A program made the position numbers and the translations under genes. Shown piece after piece: positions 60,796 through 64,000 of a stretch of DNA of 64,000 nucleotides. The first letter of the stretch is position 1, and each line of letters opens with the position of its first letter. The stretch comes from an uncultured Verrucomicrobiae bacterium (GTDB lineage: Bacteria > Verrucomicrobiota > Verrucomicrobiia > Chthoniobacterales > UBA10450), in contig CAWFGO010000001.1 in the NCBI GenBank assembly GCA_963815455.1, forward strand, positions 1 to 64,000, in the 5' to 3' direction. The notes below the pieces were generated by a model that ran no database searches, was not told the origin of the DNA, and saw nothing but the letters and a program-made list of their open reading frames with translations.

Positions 60796-63454
60796 CTAGG
60801 GAACACTGCTCCCCAAATTGGATTTGATTTGCGCAACATCGCTGGCGTTGATCGTGCCGTTGGCGTTCACGTCCGAGCGGAAATTTGTCCCATCGGCACT
60901 TGCCCCGAGCCGGGATTTTGTTTGCGAGACGTCGCTAGCGTTGACCGCCTTGTTGCCGTTGGTATCGCCAATGAGGACGTTCATGCTCACGTCGGTGGCG
61001 GCCAGGGTCTGGCAGAACGTATCGGTGGCGCCGCTCAGTGTAACCGTGACCTTTTGAGCATTGGTGACGCCGGTCAGGTTGACTGTCATCGTATTGCCGC
61101 TGAGCGCGGGTGATCCCGAAATGGTGGCCGTGCCAGCCGTGACGGCAGCATTGCCGCTGGTAAGGCTATTATTGAATGTAAAGACGAGCGTGTGATTCCC
61201 GCCCGAACTGCGGCACTCGACGCCGGGCTCGCCCGTAAGCGGCAGATTGACGTCAAACGTTCCCGCTCCTCCGTGGGTTTTGCGAGAGACAGCACTTGTC
61301 AATTGCAGCGGGCCCGGGGTCAGGCCGCCCGTGACAGTGAGAACTCCCGCCCCAGTTATAGATTGACCATCGGGATTTGTGACCATTACGCCCCACGAGC
61401 CGTTCGCGGCTCCGGTCGTGTTCAAGTCTAGAGTGACGGACGTTGGACTGTTGTAGGTCACGGAATTGACGGTTACACCGGAGCAAGGAACGGCGGCGCC
61501 GATGTGATTGAAGGGCACAGCGGGCGGCGCCAGGTTCGTCCCTGGATCATAGAAACCTGAACCAGAGGAAGAAGTGCCCGTAATCGTCACGCTCACAGAG
61601 GCCTGGCCCGCCGCCACACTACTGGGAACAGCAGACGAAGGCGTCGCCGGCGGAGGGGCGAGTAATTTAGCGGCCTTGCAGCCGTAAGTATTTGTGGCGT
61701 TGCAGTATTCCTGGATGGTCCAAATCGACATGTCGTCCAGCGGGTCCAGATCGGTAAAGGAATAATCTCCCCATCGGCGGCCACCCGCTCCGCCTGTGTC
61801 TCCGGGCGGGTTATACGCCGGCGGCGTCGGGTTTAAGTAATTGGGCGTATAAATATTGACCGCGCCTAGAGAGCCAAGAGTATCGCCGACGAGCCGGCCG
61901 TTCGTAGCGCAATCTATTGGAAAGGTGGTTCCAGCAGTGCTGTAGCCTAACGCAGCGTGGCCTTGTCCGGAGACCGTAGCCGTAGGAATCCAATATTGAC
62001 GCGCGGTGGCAACGGTCGCCGCGGTGTCGAAAACGGTGCCGGATTGTACCACCACCGGCGTGCCGCCATTATCGGAGCTGCGAACGCCATTGAGCTCGTA
62101 CCATCGGACCGCGTTACGTCGATTGGTGTTGGTGCCGCTGGCCACCCCGGTCGCAAGAACCGCAATCCCGTGCGCGGTCCAGAGGCGCCCATTCCGGATG
62201 TGTGCCGCGAACAGGTTATCGTCCAGTCCGTCGAGGTTGCCGTTGGTGCCACCCGTGTTGCCCAAGATGGGCCACGGTCCGGGCAAACGCCGTCGAACTC
62301 ACCGTCAGCAAAATATTGGCCGAGATAGTCGGCGTGCCGCCCGGCGTACTCACTCGGCGAAAAACCAACCGGCCAAAAGCACTATTACTAACCCCGATGA
62401 AATAGCCCTCGTTTGCGGTCGGGTCGTAGTTGTCCACTCCGCGCGGCGCAAATGGCCCGTCTCCGGCTCCCACCGCAAGGCCGCGGAAGGCCGTAACGAC
62501 GATGGGCCCGCCAGTGAGAACCGAGCTCTTTCGAACAACGAACCCGGTGGTTTGAGTGAAAGATCCGGTGGACGCGATAAACATGTCGCATCCGATGTAG
62601 AGGGCGTTGTTATCAACGCCGAGCGACGGGTAATCGGCGAACTCGCCCGTATCCCCACCGCCGATGGTGTTCTGTTGGAAAAAATAAAATGTCCACGTGG
62701 TGCCCATCGTGATCGTGCTCGAATCTGAGACGGCGATCATGATCCGATTCGGAAACTGGGTCACCTGATCGGAAGCCAACGGCACGTCGGCCATCATGAT
62801 AAACCAGCGCCCGGAAAGACGATCATAACGGATTTGCGGGTCGGTGGTGAAATTAATGGCAATTCCTCCTCCCAAAGGCGTCAAAACCGAGGCGAAGAAT
62901 ATGTCCGTGTTTGCGTCGAGCACTCCGTCTGCGGTGCCAGCTTTTGCAAAACTTCGGAGCCGGCCATTAACGCACAGAATGAACTGAGTGGGCCCTACCG
63001 CCCCCATCGTATCGGGCGGGAACGATCCGGTTTCAGTCGGGCCAGTTATAGTGTCGAAGCTCAGGCCCACTGGCTGCGGAGCCTGGGCAATTGGGGGAGC
63101 GGCTTTCTTCGATAATCCGGCTTCATCAACCTGTGGAAACCGGGAAATTGGCTGCGCCTTGGGATCCTGAGGCCGGTTTTCTCGCCATGGAATTTTCAGT
63201 TCCGGTTTATCGAAAATCTGCTTTCTCCCCTGGGTTGCACGGGGCAATGCCATGATTTGACCGGTTGTCATTTGCACGCCGCGTTCGCCAATCTGCGGCC
63301 GGCCGACGGTGCCGCCGGGAAGTTCCTTTCCTTCAGTCGATTTCCCCGGCTGTCCGGAAACGGCCACGGTTCCGAGCGCAAGCCCGACAAAAAGCAATCC
63401 CAGCAACGGAGCGCTTAGTATATGTTTGCCAGATAATGAAAATGTCTTCTTCAT
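60796..63454 (-). CDS. Large secreted protein (uncharacterised beta-rich domain + Ig-like domains + C-terminal type I dockerin); frameshift ~62262
   Basis: Signal peptide; PPDTMGAVGP, DPQIRYD, DYPSLG, RWGDYS; VTNPDGQ Ig domain; GDTNGNKAVNASDV and SDVNANGTINASDV. Confidence 0.85.
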
Positions 63455-63559
63455 GGGCGGATCGTAGTTAAATACTGAGTGTAGATCTTTGGCTGCTGGG
63501 ATCAGGGCGGTTAATCCGTGTAGCTTCCCCGTTACCGAAGACCCATAATCGTGGTCTTC

Positions 63560-63589
63560 TTATAGGAGAATTTGCCGAGCAAAAGCAAG
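63560..63589 (-). promoter_or_regulatory. Sigma-70-like promoter, copy 2 (TTGCTT-N18-TATAAG)
   Basis: Minus strand cttgcttttgctcggcaaattctcctataa. Confidence 0.6.
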
Positions 63590-63657
63590 CCAATTTTTCC
63601 GGCCTTAAGCGGTAGAAATCCACGAGGCCGGGGACCGAGCGCCGCAATGATTGTTCG

Positions 63658-64000
63658 TTACGATTCCGCGAGTTTTGCGATTTCCTCCCGCTTCAACCGA
63701 AACACCGTCCACTCATCCATCGGCGCCGCACCCAGCGCGCGATAAAATTTTATGGCCGGCTCGTTCCAATCGAGCACCGCCCATTCCATCCGGCCGCAAT
63801 CCCGGTCGCGAGCAATCCGGGCCAGATGCGTCAGCAACGCGCGTCCGTAGCCTTTTCCCCGCTCTTCCGGTTTAACGAACAAGTCTTCCAGATACAGACC
63901 CGGGCGCCCCAGCCAGGTGGAAAAATTGTGGAAGAAGACAGCGAAGCCGACCGCCCGATCGTCCTCACAAGCCAGGACCACCTCCGCCGCCGGCCGTTCC
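63658..64000 (-). CDS. GNAT N-acetyltransferase (5' truncated by window edge)
   Basis: FSTWLGRPGLYLEDLFV, RGKGYG, WAVLDWNEPAIKFY. Confidence 0.92.
   Translation of the reverse strand, partial: ERPAAEVVLACEDDRAVGFAVFFHNFSTWLGRPGLYLEDLFVKPEERGKGYGRALLTHLARIARDRDCGRMEWAVLDWNEPAIKFYRALGAAPMDEWTVFRLKREEIAKLAES

Overview
A GC-rich bacterial chromosomal segment, most likely from a soil Verrucomicrobium (Chthoniobacterales/Spartobacteria-like). That placement is inferred from PEP-CTERM proteins, a C-terminal Ig+dockerin module, an ECF-sigma/Ser-Thr kinase pair and the repeat families. Housekeeping genes include purL-purF-purM, tal, trmL, moaA-moaC-mog, a UbiD-family decarboxylase, lepA-lepB, LPS core glycosyltransferases with msbA, hopanoid genes (hpnO, hpnD-like) and a CNNM/CBS pair. 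About ten genes carry single-base frameshifts, including purF, purL and msbA, which points to consensus (long-read) errors rather than real pseudogenes. No rRNA, tRNA, CRISPR array or transposase was recognised. Highlights: (1) a secreted dockerin protein next to a PEP-CTERM protein whose body resembles a cohesin, both preceded by the same 30-nt promoter-like motif, suggesting an exosortase-anchored cohesin-dockerin surface display system; (2) a four-gene operon with a UDP-apiose/xylose-synthase-like enzyme, a polyprenyl-P GT2 and a GT-C; (3) three ops/JUMPstart-like elements spaced about 400 nt apart in the leader of a polysaccharide operon; (4) REP-like palindromes and 7/9-mer hairpins that sit inside purL and a YyaL-family gene and supply stop and start codons; (5) a trypsin-fold pseudo-protease island splitting the pur operon; (6) paired peptidoglycan-binding proteins, one with 12 NKFQG pentapeptide repeats. 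All assignments are by eye from motifs; no searches were run.
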